Shown here piece after piece: positions 16,194 through 25,562 of a stretch of 32,802 nt of DNA (positions within the stretch are counted from its first letter, which is position 1; every line of letters begins with the position of its first letter). Under the pieces are notes generated by a model that made no database searches, was not told the DNA's origin, and worked only from the letters and a program-made list of their open reading frames with translations. The DNA is from an uncultured Clostridia bacterium (GTDB lineage Bacteria; Bacillota; Clostridia; Acetivibrionales; CALMWN01): positions 1 through 32,802 of the forward strand of contig CALMWN010000564.1 in assembly GCA_937873555.1 (NCBI GenBank), read 5' to 3'. A program made the translations under genes and the position numbers.

Positions 16194-17975
16194 ATGAGTG
16201 AATCTATTTATGGCTTGAAAAGGACACACAGATGTGCAGAGCTTGGAGATGCCAACATCGGCGAAAAGGTCACCGTAATGGGCTGGACTCATAAGAGGAG
16301 AGACCTTGGCGGGGTAATATTCATAGACTTGAGGGATAGGAGCGGCTTGCTTCAGGTGGTATTTAACAGTGCTCTCAACCAGGAGCTCTTTGAAAAGGCT
16401 GAAAGCATCAGGAGCGAGTATGTACTTGCAATAACCGGAGAGGTAGTGAAAAGGGCACCTGAGACGGTAAATCCGAAAATTGCCACCGGTGAGATTGAGA
16501 TCACCGCACAGGAGTTAAGAATCCTGAGCAGGGCCGAGACTCCTCCCGTGTATATTGAGGAAGATTCCGACGTAAATGAGTCTGTAAGACTGAAATACAG
16601 ATATGTTGATTTGAGAAGGCCGGATATGCAGAAAAACCTGATGCTCCGGCACAGGGTGGCAAAAATAGCAAGGGATTATTACGATGCAAACGGGTTTTTG
16701 GAAATCGAGACACCCATGCTTACAAAAAGTACACCTGAAGGCGCAAGGGACTATCTGGTTCCAAGCAGGGTGCATCCGGGCAAGTTTTTTGCATTGCCCC
16801 AGTCACCACAGATTTTCAAGCAGCTGCTTATGGTTTCAGGTTTCGACCGCTATATGCAGATAGTGAAATGCTTCAGGGATGAAGACCTTAGGGCAGACAG
16901 ACAGCCTGAATTCACACAGATCGACCTTGAAATGTCTTTTGTAAATGTGGATGATGTTCTGGCAGTAAATGAAGGTTTTGTCAAAAAGGCATTCAAGGAA
17001 GCACTTGATATTGATATCCCTACTCCTTTCACAAGGCTTACTTATAAGGAAGCAATGGACAGATTCGGTTCAGACAAGCCGGATACAAGATTCGGACTTG
17101 AGCTTGTCAATATTTCTGATCTGGTAAAAGACAGCGGCTTCAAGGTATTTGCAGATGCAGTGAAGAACGGAGGCAGTGTAAGGGCCGTAAATGCCAAAGG
17201 CTGTGGTGCTAAATTCAGCAGAAGGGAAATCGACAGTCTTGTTGAGTTTGTAAAAATATACAAGGCAAAAGGAATGGCGTGGATTGTGGTTGAAGAAAAT
17301 GAACTTAAGTCTGCTATCACAAAATTTTTCAACGAGGATGAAATCAAATCCGTCCTGGAAAGGGTGAAGGCGGAACCTGGCGACCTCATATGCTTCATAG
17401 CGGATAAAAACGAAGTGGTATTTGATTCACTCGGACAGCTGAGGCTGGAACTGGCAAGAAGGCTTGATATAATCGACAACAGCCGTTTTAACTTCCTGTG
17501 GGTTACAGAATTCCCGCTCTTTGAATATGACGAGGAGGAAAAACGCTGGGTCGCAAAGCACCACCCTTTCACATCCCCAATGGACGAGGATATCGCACTG
17601 CTGGATAGTGATCCAGGGCAGGTCCGTGCAAAGGCCTATGATATGGTGCTAAACGGTGTGGAGATAGGCGGCGGGAGCATAAGGATACACAGCCAGGAAC
17701 TGCAGTCCAAGATGTTCGAACTGCTTGGCTTTACGCAGGAACAGGCATGGGAAAGGTTCGGCTTCCTACTTGAAGCCTTCAAGTACGGAACTCCACCCCA
17801 CGGTGGAATGGCATACGGCCTTGACAGGCTCATAATGCTGATGGCAGGCAAGAGCAGTATCAGGGATGTAATCGCCTTCCCAAAGGTGCAGAATGCATCC
17901 TGCCTTATGACAAACGCTCCGGATGTGGTAGAACAAAAGCAGCTTAAGGAACTTCACATAAAGCTTGATTTGTAG
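16194..17975 (+). CDS. aspS: Aspartate--tRNA ligase
   Basis: The sequence begins MSESIYGLKRTHRCAELG with an OB-fold N-terminus. The motifs FRDEDLRADRQPEFTQID, the GAD insertion and GGGSIRIH...GGMAYGLDR are present. It starts 2 nt after the hisS stop. Confidence 0.95.
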   Translation: MSESIYGLKRTHRCAELGDANIGEKVTVMGWTHKRRDLGGVIFIDLRDRSGLLQVVFNSALNQELFEKAESIRSEYVLAITGEVVKRAPETVNPKIATGEIEITAQELRILSRAETPPVYIEEDSDVNESVRLKYRYVDLRRPDMQKNLMLRHRVAKIARDYYDANGFLEIETPMLTKSTPEGARDYLVPSRVHPGKFFALPQSPQIFKQLLMVSGFDRYMQIVKCFRDEDLRADRQPEFTQIDLEMSFVNVDDVLAVNEGFVKKAFKEALDIDIPTPFTRLTYKEAMDRFGSDKPDTRFGLELVNISDLVKDSGFKVFADAVKNGGSVRAVNAKGCGAKFSRREIDSLVEFVKIYKAKGMAWIVVEENELKSAITKFFNEDEIKSVLERVKAEPGDLICFIADKNEVVFDSLGQLRLELARRLDIIDNSRFNFLWVTEFPLFEYDEEEKRWVAKHHPFTSPMDEDIALLDSDPGQVRAKAYDMVLNGVEIGGGSIRIHSQELQSKMFELLGFTQEQAWERFGFLLEAFKYGTPPHGGMAYGLDRLIMLMAGKSSIRDVIAFPKVQNASCLMTNAPDVVEQKQLKELHIKLDL

Positions 17976-18034
17976 GATTTGTTTCAACATAATAAATCAG
18001 CTGTTATATTTTTTGATTTAAATATAATGTATTT

Positions 18035-18043
18035 TGATATAAT
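18035..18043 (+). promoter_or_regulatory. Extended -10 (TGaTATAAT) candidate promoter for signal peptidase gene
   Basis: TGATATAAT lies at 18035-18043, with TTGATT 19 nt upstream. The region is AT-rich, so support is weak. Confidence 0.3.
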
Positions 18044-18122
18044 AATCCTAATGTTTGCTTTAGGAAGGCTGGTCCGGTTTCCCTGTAGCACCAGGATCCG
18101 AACTGGCCTTTCATGGAAGGGA

Positions 18123-18680
18123 TTGATTATTACGTTTGCTAACCCTGTTATTAAGGAAATTGTGGATTGGATTGTACATATTGCAATTGCGATAGCCATT
18201 GGCCTGTTTATTGTGATTTTTATAGCTCAAAGAACGGTAGTGGAGGGGAATTCCATGCTGCCAACATTACAGAACGGCAATAACCTCATAGTTGAAAAAA
18301 TCAGTCCAAAACTGGGCAGGCTTTATAAAAATGACATCATCACCATAAACGACCCTGAACACATAAGCAAGGAGAGAAACCCCATTATCAAAAGAGTTGT
18401 TGCTGTAGAGGGGGATGTAGTGGAAATAAAAGATGGAAAGGTATATGTCAACAATACGCCTCTTAATGAAAGCTACATAAACGGAAACACTACTTTGCCG
18501 GGTAATACGGAATATAGCAGGGCGACAATTCAGAAAGACTATGTATATGTGCTGGGAGACAACAGGATGCCGGGACAGAGCATAGACAGCAGGTTCATAG
18601 GCCCTGTAAGCTTAAAAAAAGTTGAAGGCAAGGTGCTTGTGCGTGTTCTTCCACTTAATGAAATGGGGAAGGTCAGGTAA
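18123..18680 (+). CDS. lepB: Signal peptidase I (S26 family)
   Basis: A TM segment (IVDWIVHIAIAIAIGLFIVIFIA) is followed by the catalytic boxes GNSMLPTL, KRVVAVEGD and VLGDNRMPGQSIDSR. The start is uncertain. TTG 18123 gives an N-terminus of normal length. GTG 18162 has the better SD (AAGGAA). The track start at 17979 would read through a promoter-like AT-rich tract and a long hairpin. Confidence 0.8.
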   Translation: MIITFANPVIKEIVDWIVHIAIAIAIGLFIVIFIAQRTVVEGNSMLPTLQNGNNLIVEKISPKLGRLYKNDIITINDPEHISKERNPIIKRVVAVEGDVVEIKDGKVYVNNTPLNESYINGNTTLPGNTEYSRATIQKDYVYVLGDNRMPGQSIDSRFIGPVSLKKVEGKVLVRVLPLNEMGKVR

Positions 18681-18756
18681 GGCCGGCACCGTACATTCTT
18701 GCATTTACAGATTAAATTCCTGGATGACCATAAAGAAATCATATCACCATCTATTG

Positions 18757-18794
18757 CAGGGGTGGGGCAGAACCCCTCCCCTGTAACATGTTTT
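18757..18794 (+). terminator. Probable terminator after lepB
   Basis: A GC-rich stem pairs CAGGGGTGGGG (18757-18767) with CCCCTCCCCTG (18773-18783), with one mismatch. It is followed by TAACATGTTTT. Confidence 0.45.
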
Positions 18795-18858
18795 CACAAA
18801 TGATTAATTCTGTTCTCACAGTGTTCAGAAAATTAATAATTCCCTTTATTGAGAAATG

Positions 18859-18887
18859 TTGACTGTAAAATAAAAAAGATTTATAAT
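18859..18887 (+). promoter_or_regulatory. Consensus sigma-A promoter of the tetR operon
   Basis: TTGACT at 18859-18864, a 17-nt spacer, then TATAAT at 18882-18887. Confidence 0.7.
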
Positions 18888-18903
18888 TTAAACAAATGTT
18901 TAA
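18888..18903 (+). promoter_or_regulatory. Palindromic operator candidate (TetR-type)
   Basis: TTAAACA-AA-TGTTTAA has perfect 7-bp arms. It abuts the -10 box and covers the expected transcription start. Confidence 0.55.
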
Positions 18904-18927
18904 TTATATGTAAGAAGAGGATTACAA

Positions 18928-19518
18928 ATGGAGCAAACCATATTGAATGCCAGAATACGCATATTGTTTGCTGCAAGAAAACTGTTTGCGCAGCATGGGT
19001 TTGAAGCAACTACCGTAAGGCAGATATGCAAGGAAGCGCAGCTGAATCTTGCACTTGTATCCTATCATTTCGGGGGTAAGGAGAGCGTATTTTTTGCGTT
19101 GTTCGACGAATTCTTTCCAAAAGACCTCTTCAGCTTGGGAAATACCCCTTTGGGCCCTGTTGAAGGTATAAATGCCGTAATAGAAAAAGTGGTCCGTTTC
19201 AAAATAGAACAACCGGAAATGGTCACTATAATTCAGCAGGAAATCCTCATGAAGAGTCCAAGGCTAAAGGGTATGAGCAAATACATGTACCCTGTATTAA
19301 CAAAGCTTAAGGAATTTCTTGAAGAGGGCAAAAAACAACACCTTTTCAATTTTGAATCAATAGACAATGCTTTGATATTCATTATGTCTATAACGACTTT
19401 TCCGCTTAGCAATGCCTTTATAAATCCGCTGCTAAGCGACAAAAACAGAGATATCACTACTGTTGTCACCGATATTTGTCTTCAATGGCTTGAGAAACTT
19501 GAAGTAAAACTCCATTAA
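18928..19518 (+). CDS. TetR/AcrR family transcriptional regulator
   Basis: The N-terminal HTH is RIRILFAARKLFAQHGFEATTVRQICKEAQLNLALVSYHFGGKESVF. The size (196 aa) and helical C-terminus are typical of the family. Confidence 0.9.
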   Translation: MEQTILNARIRILFAARKLFAQHGFEATTVRQICKEAQLNLALVSYHFGGKESVFFALFDEFFPKDLFSLGNTPLGPVEGINAVIEKVVRFKIEQPEMVTIIQQEILMKSPRLKGMSKYMYPVLTKLKEFLEEGKKQHLFNFESIDNALIFIMSITTFPLSNAFINPLLSDKNRDITTVVTDICLQWLEKLEVKLH

Positions 19519-19581
19519 TTTTTATGGTACGTATTTTTCAAAAGGGGGGAAATATAGCTTCTATCCGAAGCTGTATTCTGT

Positions 19582-22500
19582 ATGAAAAGATTTCTGCATT
19601 TAGGATTGGATGTGGGTTCGACAACTGTAAAGCTTGTAATATTGGATAAGAACTGTAATTTGCTGTACAGCAATTATCAGAGGCATTTTTCCGATATCAA
19701 GAAGACGATTTTTCAGATTGTCAATGAAGCCTATTGCAGTTTTCAAGATGATGATGTGACAGTTACCGTGACAGGGTCGGGTGGAATATCCGTTTCAAAA
19801 TGGCTGGGCCTGAATTTCATACAGGAGGTTATCGCTGGCACAAAAGCGATAGAAAAATTCATACCTCAGACAAATGTTGCGATTGAACTTGGCGGGGAAG
19901 ATGCGAAAATCACCTACTTTGACAATGGCGTGGATCAGAGGATGAATGGAACCTGTGCGGGAGGTACAGGCGCATTTATCGACCAGATGGCATCACTGCT
20001 GCAGACGGATGCGGAGGGCCTTAATGAGCTTGCCAAGGGCCACAGCGTGATTTATCCCATTGCTGCACGTTGCGGAGTATTTGCAAAGACCGATATCCAG
20101 CCGCTTCTCAATGAGGGGGCTGCGAGGGAGGATATTTCGGCATCAGTTTTCCAGTCTGTTGTGAACCAGACAATAAGCGGTCTCGCCTGCGGCAGGCCTA
20201 TCAAAGGAAATGTCGCATTCCTTGGGGGACCATTGAATTATTTGTCTGAATTACGGAAAAGATTCATTGAAACTTTAAAGCTCAAGGTTGAACAGGTCAT
20301 ATTTCCCGAAAACTCACAGCTGTTTATTGCCATTGGCGCCGCCCTGGCTTCCAGGATAACCAAATTCATTCCTTTTGAAGCATTAAAGCGTAGATTGCCG
20401 CTGCTGGACGACGTATCAATCCAGGAGGTAGAGAGGTTAAGGCCGCTTTTTAAAAGCGCCGGGGAATTGGATGAGTTCATTAAGAGACATGAAGGCAGCA
20501 GAGTTGGAAGGAGAGAACTGAAAGACTTTACAGGTGACTGCTTCCTTGGAATAGATGCAGGCTCAACCACTACAAAGCTGGCACTTGTTGATGAGGCCGG
20601 AGCATTGCTGTACTCGTACTATGGGAGTAACAAGGGCAGTCCGCTCAAGTCGGTACTCAAATGTTTGAAGGAACTTTATACGACCCTGCCGGAAGGTGCC
20701 AGAATAGTCAACTCCACTGTTACAGGCTATGGGGAGGCACTTGTTAAAGCGGCATTGAAGGTTGATATAGGCGAAATAGAAACGATTGCCCATTATAAGG
20801 CTGCGGAAAAATTTCTGCCGGGCGTCGACTTCATACTTGATATAGGAGGACAGGACATGAAGTGCCTCCAGATAAAAAACGGTGTCATTGACAGCATAAT
20901 GCTCAATGAAGCGTGTTCTTCAGGGTGCGGTTCATTTATTGAAACCTTTGCGCACTCCCTTAATATGGCTGTGGAGCAGTTTTCAAAGGAGGCCCTGCTT
21001 GCCGGGAATCCTGTCGACCTTGGCTCAAGGTGCACCGTATTTATGAACTCAAGGGTCAAACAGGCACAAAAAGAGGGAGCTACGGTCGGAGATATTTCTG
21101 CCGGTCTCTCATATTCAGTAATCAAGAATGCATTGTTCAAGGTCATAAAGATCAGGGACCCCAAAGCGCTTGGAGAGAAAATGGTTGTACAGGGAGGCAC
21201 CTTCTACAACGATGCAATACTCAGAAGCTTTGAAATGATATCCGGCAGGGAAGCTGTAAGGCCGGATATAGCAGGTATTATGGGAGCTTATGGCGCTGCA
21301 TTGATTGCATCCGAAAGATATGTTGATGGGTATGAAACTACCATTTTAAATATAAACCAGCTGGACAGTTTTGACTTTGAGCTTTCTACAGGCAGATGCA
21401 AACTCTGCAGCAACAACTGCATGCTTACCATAAACAGTTTTTCGGGAGGGAGTAAATTCATTTCCGGGAACAGATGTGAAAGAGGCAGCGGTGTGGTGAA
21501 AAAGAAGGAAGACATACCCAACCTCTATGAATACAAATATGACAGGATATTCGGCTATGAGCCTTTAAAGGAAGAAAACGCAGAACGTGGTGTCATTGGT
21601 ATACCGAGGGTTTTAAATATATACGAAAACTACCCGTTCTGGTTCACGTTGTTTACTGAACTCAAATTCCGCATAGAGCTGTCTCCAAGGTCATCAAAGA
21701 GGTTATATGAACTTGGGATAGAGACCATGCCTTCAGAGTCGGTTTGCTATCCTGCCAAACTGGTTCATGGGCATATCATGAGCCTGGTGAACAAAGGTAT
21801 AAAGCTTATATTTTATCCATGCCTGCCTTATGAGAGAAAGGAACTGCAGGATGCAGACAATCACTACAACTGCCCTATCGTCACTTCATATTCGGAAGTA
21901 ATCAAAAACAACATGGATGTATTGAGAGAAAAAGGAATCAGGTTTATGAACCCATTCCTTCCATACAACGATATTAACAGGTTAAGGGAAAGATTGTACG
22001 AGGAGTTCAGGGAATTCGGAATTTCAAACAAGGAAATGACGGCTGCGGTTAAAAAGGCCTTCCAGGAATCTGAAAAGGTACGTGAGGATATAAGGAATAA
22101 AGGGGAAGAGGTTTTAAAATATCTCAGGGAAACAGGCAGGAAAGGTGTTGTACTTGCCGGGCGCCCTTATCATATAGATCCCGAAATCAACCATGGAATA
22201 CCGGATATTATAACAGGTTTTGACATGGCAGTACTAACCGAGGATTCGGTTTCGCACCTTGGGACAATTGAGCGGCCGTTGAGGGTTGTTGATCAGTGGA
22301 TGTACCATACCAGGCTGTATGCTGCCGCAAGCTTTGTAAGGGATGTTGAATTTCTTGAACTTGTGCAGCTGAATTCCTTTGGGTGCGGACTTGACGCGGT
22401 AACCACCGATCAGGTGCAGGAGATACTGAACAGAAATGAAAAGATTTATACTGCTTTAAAAATCGATGAGGGAAACAACCTTGGAGCTGCGAGGATACGC

Positions 22501-23853
22501 ATACGCTCTTTAAAGGCAGCTGTGGCGGAAAGGGACAAAAACAGGTTCAAACCACAGCATCAGGAGTCTGCTGGTACAAGGCCCGTTTTTACTAAAGAAA
22601 TGAAATACAGGCATACCATACTTGCGCCTCAAATGTCGCCGATCCATTTTCAGTTTTTGCAGGAGGCCTTCAGGGCATCCGGATATAGCCTTGTTATTTT
22701 GCCTTCGGTTGGTAAGAATGCCGTTGACGAGGGCTTGAAACACGTAAATAATGATGCCTGCTATCCGTCCATTATAGTCATCGGGCAGGTGATAGAGGCT
22801 TTGAAGTCAGGCAGGTACGACCTTGACAATACATCTGTAATGATTTCCCAGACCGGGGGAGGCTGTAGAGCTACAAACTACATAGGCTTTCTGAAAAAAG
22901 CATTGAAAGATTCCGGATTTTCAGGCATTCCTGTAATATCGCTAAATGCAGTCGGTCTTGAAAAGCACCCGGGCTTCAGGATAACTGCCGGATTTCTGAA
23001 CAAGGCCGTAATGGCTCTCATTTACGGAGATCTCCTGATGAGGGTATTGTACAGGGTCAGGCCGTATGAGAAAATCGCAGGCTCAGCCAATCTCCTTTAC
23101 GAGTCCTGGGTAGAAAGGTGCAAGGAGTCGGTAAGGAGTGGGAAACACAAGATATTCAAGAAGAATGTTTACAGGATTGTTGAAGACTTTGACAATATTG
23201 AAGTGAACAATGTTAAAAAGCCCAGAATAGGCGTTGTGGGAGAAATATTGGTAAAATTCCACCCTACGGCAAACAACGGGATAGTAAACATCCTTGAAAA
23301 TGAAGGTGCAGAGGCGGTTGTGCCGGACCTGATGGATTTCCTGCTTTATTGTGCCTATGATGCCAATTTTAAATATAAATACCTTGCAGGAAGCCAGAAG
23401 AAGGTAATTGTCAATAATACAATAATAGCTGCTATTGAGTATTACAGGAAGGAAATGAAACGTGCACTTAACAGAAGCCGCCGTTTTCATGCTCCCGGCA
23501 ATATATATGAAATGGCTGAAAGTGTCTCGGAGATACTATCTTTGGGAAATCAGACAGGTGAGGGCTGGTTCCTTACGGCAGAAATGATTGAACTCATTAA
23601 TAGCGGTACAAGGAATATCGCATGTATACAACCTTTTGCATGTCTTCCCAACCATGTGACCGGAAAGGGAATGATAAAGGAGTTAAAACGCAGGTATCCG
23701 GATGCCAACATCATTGCGGTGGATTACGATCCCGGAGCAAGTGAAGTGAATCAACTCAATAGAATAAAACTGATGCTTTCTGCAGCGTTTAAAAATATAT
23801 CCGAGGAAATGGAGCTGCATATAGAACAGAATGAATTTATCCAGGAGGGTTGA
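19582..23853 (+). CDS. Fused tandem BcrAD/BadFG-type activase ATPases plus DUF2229 / 2-hydroxyacyl-CoA-dehydratase-like module (1423 aa)
   Basis: There are two actin-fold ATPase domains. Domain 1 carries [16 protein letters not shown], and domain 2 carries [16 protein letters not shown] from about 20545. Each has a cluster-ligand-like Cys pair: [10 protein letters not shown] / [11 protein letters not shown] in domain 1 and [10 protein letters not shown] / [10 protein letters not shown] in domain 2. A Cys-rich linker (CKLCSNNC...NRCERG) lies at about 21395-21485. Then come [20 protein letters not shown] (DUF2229-like) and a dehydratase-like C-terminal half ([28 protein letters not shown]). Confidence 0.88.
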   Translation: MKRFLHLGLDVGSTTVKLVILDKNCNLLYSNYQRHFSDIKKTIFQIVNEAYCSFQDDDVTVTVTGSGGISVSKWLGLNFIQEVIAGTKAIEKFIPQTNVAIELGGEDAKITYFDNGVDQRMNGTCAGGTGAFIDQMASLLQTDAEGLNELAKGHSVIYPIAARCGVFAKTDIQPLLNEGAAREDISASVFQSVVNQTISGLACGRPIKGNVAFLGGPLNYLSELRKRFIETLKLKVEQVIFPENSQLFIAIGAALASRITKFIPFEALKRRLPLLDDVSIQEVERLRPLFKSAGELDEFIKRHEGSRVGRRELKDFTGDCFLGIDAGSTTTKLALVDEAGALLYSYYGSNKGSPLKSVLKCLKELYTTLPEGARIVNSTVTGYGEALVKAALKVDIGEIETIAHYKAAEKFLPGVDFILDIGGQDMKCLQIKNGVIDSIMLNEACSSGCGSFIETFAHSLNMAVEQFSKEALLAGNPVDLGSRCTVFMNSRVKQAQKEGATVGDISAGLSYSVIKNALFKVIKIRDPKALGEKMVVQGGTFYNDAILRSFEMISGREAVRPDIAGIMGAYGAALIASERYVDGYETTILNINQLDSFDFELSTGRCKLCSNNCMLTINSFSGGSKFISGNRCERGSGVVKKKEDIPNLYEYKYDRIFGYEPLKEENAERGVIGIPRVLNIYENYPFWFTLFTELKFRIELSPRSSKRLYELGIETMPSESVCYPAKLVHGHIMSLVNKGIKLIFYPCLPYERKELQDADNHYNCPIVTSYSEVIKNNMDVLREKGIRFMNPFLPYNDINRLRERLYEEFREFGISNKEMTAAVKKAFQESEKVREDIRNKGEEVLKYLRETGRKGVVLAGRPYHIDPEINHGIPDIITGFDMAVLTEDSVSHLGTIERPLRVVDQWMYHTRLYAAASFVRDVEFLELVQLNSFGCGLDAVTTDQVQEILNRNEKIYTALKIDEGNNLGAARIRIRSLKAAVAERDKNRFKPQHQESAGTRPVFTKEMKYRHTILAPQMSPIHFQFLQEAFRASGYSLVILPSVGKNAVDEGLKHVNNDACYPSIIVIGQVIEALKSGRYDLDNTSVMISQTGGGCRATNYIGFLKKALKDSGFSGIPVISLNAVGLEKHPGFRITAGFLNKAVMALIYGDLLMRVLYRVRPYEKIAGSANLLYESWVERCKESVRSGKHKIFKKNVYRIVEDFDNIEVNNVKKPRIGVVGEILVKFHPTANNGIVNILENEGAEAVVPDLMDFLLYCAYDANFKYKYLAGSQKKVIVNNTIIAAIEYYRKEMKRALNRSRRFHAPGNIYEMAESVSEILSLGNQTGEGWFLTAEMIELINSGTRNIACIQPFACLPNHVTGKGMIKELKRRYPDANIIAVDYDPGASEVNQLNRIKLMLSAAFKNISEEMELHIEQNEFIQEG

Positions 23854-23889
23854 ACTTAAAGGCCTGACTGCAAAGCCCGCGCTTTAAAA

Positions 23890-23913
23890 AAGGAGTGCTC
23901 CCGCACTCCTTTT
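23890..23913. terminator. Bidirectional intrinsic terminator
   Basis: AGGAGTGC (23891-23898), loop TCCC, GCACTCCT (23903-23910). TTTT follows on the + strand and TTTTTT follows on the - strand (A-run at 23885-23890). It lies between convergent genes. Confidence 0.7.
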
Positions 23914-23933
23914 ATCATCATTTTCTTTAGGAA

Positions 23934-24092
23934 TCATTTTCCAAATTTTTTGACTTCCGGCATGTACTTGCCTTTACCTTTTTTCTTGGAAACTTTCGAA
24001 CGTTCTTCAAATTTTTTTATTGACCTGTTCATCATAAAACCTAAAATGGCAAATACAATCAATGTTGATAATATTATAATAATCTGAGTCAT
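23934..24092 (-). CDS. Small membrane protein, 52 aa (not in supplied ORF track)
   Basis: The - strand ATG at 24092-24090 lies 7 nt after GGTGAT. It translates as MTQIIIILSTLIVFAILGFMMNRSIKKFEERSKVSKKKGKGKYMPEVKKFGK* with TGA at 23936-23934. That is one TM helix plus a Lys-rich tail. The gene has its own promoter (24133-24161) and terminator (23890-23913). Confidence 0.55.
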   Translation of the reverse strand: MTQIIIILSTLIVFAILGFMMNRSIKKFEERSKVSKKKGKGKYMPEVKKFGK

Positions 24093-24132
24093 AATCCAAA
24101 TCACCATCTTCTTTTATTTTAGCAACTCTATA

Positions 24133-24161
24133 ATTATAAATATAATCTGATCATAAATCAA
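24133..24161 (-). promoter_or_regulatory. Sigma-A promoter for the 52-aa gene
   Basis: On the - strand: TTGATT (24161-24156), a 17-nt spacer, then TATAAT (24138-24133). Confidence 0.5.
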
Positions 24162-24272
24162 TAAAAATATTGCAGGTTTAATTTACTTGAAAATGTAATT
24201 GCATTTTTGCATTGTCATAATTTATATCCATAATGAATATTATTCAAAAAGAGTTTTTTTACGGAGGAAAAA

Positions 24273-25526
24273 ATGAATAGGAAACATAATTTTAAAAAAT
24301 CTGAAAATATACCTGTGAAGCTGCTCAAAATAGCAATTATCATTATACTTTCCTATATGGCGATAAGGCTTGGACTGGCTGCAGGAAACGTTGTCTACAA
24401 CCTGGATTCGGGAATAGTCAAAAGTATCGATGTGGATACCTTCAAAACCACTCTTAAAAATTCCCTTCCAATAATAGATACCGTATACAATAGCGGTAAT
24501 ATGAGCGTTTCATTTTCAGGGGAAGTAAAATCCCTTATAAACGTTATATTCGGTTTTGATTTGAACAAGCCTTTAACCATTCTAAACGCTCAGTCACCTG
24601 TTTTTTATACTTACTATAACAGAAGCTACATGCCGTTTGCCGCGCAACGTAGTATTGACAACAGAAGAATGACGAACGAGGATTCAATTGAAAGGGAACA
24701 AAAGGAAGCGGGCAATATTTCCAGTGAGAGCAGCATTACTTATGAGGAGGATGCTGAAAAAAAGGCTGTTCCGGATAGTGATGTGGTTTCGAACGGGAAG
24801 ATCGCCATTCAAAATGAAACAAAGCTGAATATAAATCAAAGCTTTATTGATGAGCTGATAAAAGAACCGCTGAAATTCAAATTTGACAAAAAAGGCCCTA
24901 AAATACTCATTTATCATACACATACTACAGAAGGCTACCTGGATAATTTAAAAAATTTAAACAAAAAAGATGTTCCGGCTTCAACTTCAGATCCCAGGTA
25001 TAATGTTGTAAGGGTCGGAGAGGAGCTGGCACAGAATCTGCGCCGGAAATACGGCATTGAGGTCACCCACAACGGTACCATACACGACTATGACTATAAT
25101 AGTTCATATATAAGGTCACTGAATACGGCAAGTGCAATTTTAAAAAGCTATCCTTCAATAAAAGTGACTTTTGATATTCACAGGGATGCAATGGGAGATA
25201 ATCAGCCCAAGCTTAGGGCTGTATCCAATATTAACGGTAAAAATACCGCAAAGGTGATGTTTGTAGTAGGTACCGATCAAATTGGACTGAGCCATCCAAA
25301 TTGGAAGGAAAATTTCAAATTGGCGTTAAAGCTGCAGGAAAAGCTGAATGAAATCAGTCCTGACCTGACAAAACCGATATACATAAGCAAGAACAGGTAT
25401 AACCAGCATCTGACATCGGGTTCGCTCATAATAGAAATCGGCGGTGACGGCAACACTCTTGAGGAAGCTTTGGAAAGCACGAAATATTTGTCCGAAGCGA
25501 TTAATGCCGTGGCAAACAGTAAATAA
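24273..25526 (+). CDS. spoIIP: Stage II sporulation protein P
   Basis: An N-terminal TM segment is followed by ILIYHTHTTEGY, FDIHRD and GSLIIEIGG, motifs of the SpoIIP amidase/endopeptidase family. SD GGAGGA lies upstream. The position upstream of lepA matches Bacillus. Confidence 0.9.
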   Translation: MNRKHNFKKSENIPVKLLKIAIIIILSYMAIRLGLAAGNVVYNLDSGIVKSIDVDTFKTTLKNSLPIIDTVYNSGNMSVSFSGEVKSLINVIFGFDLNKPLTILNAQSPVFYTYYNRSYMPFAAQRSIDNRRMTNEDSIEREQKEAGNISSESSITYEEDAEKKAVPDSDVVSNGKIAIQNETKLNINQSFIDELIKEPLKFKFDKKGPKILIYHTHTTEGYLDNLKNLNKKDVPASTSDPRYNVVRVGEELAQNLRRKYGIEVTHNGTIHDYDYNSSYIRSLNTASAILKSYPSIKVTFDIHRDAMGDNQPKLRAVSNINGKNTAKVMFVVGTDQIGLSHPNWKENFKLALKLQEKLNEISPDLTKPIYISKNRYNQHLTSGSLIIEIGGDGNTLEEALESTKYLSEAINAVANSK

Positions 25527-25562
25527 TTATATAAAAATGTCTGACATGTTGGTGAGGATTCG

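Noticed and set aside
17979-18122. N-terminal 48-residue extension of signal peptidase from the track start
   Set aside because: It would translate through an AT-rich promoter-like tract and the long hairpin. It has a TTG start without an SD, and the extension (MFQHNKSAVIFFDLNIMYFD...) has no signal-peptidase-like features.
19524-19649. 41-codon upstream ORF overlapping the start of the 1423-aa gene in another frame
   Set aside because: It has no SD, begins 6 nt after the tetR stop, and its translation is not protein-like. It is probably fortuitous.
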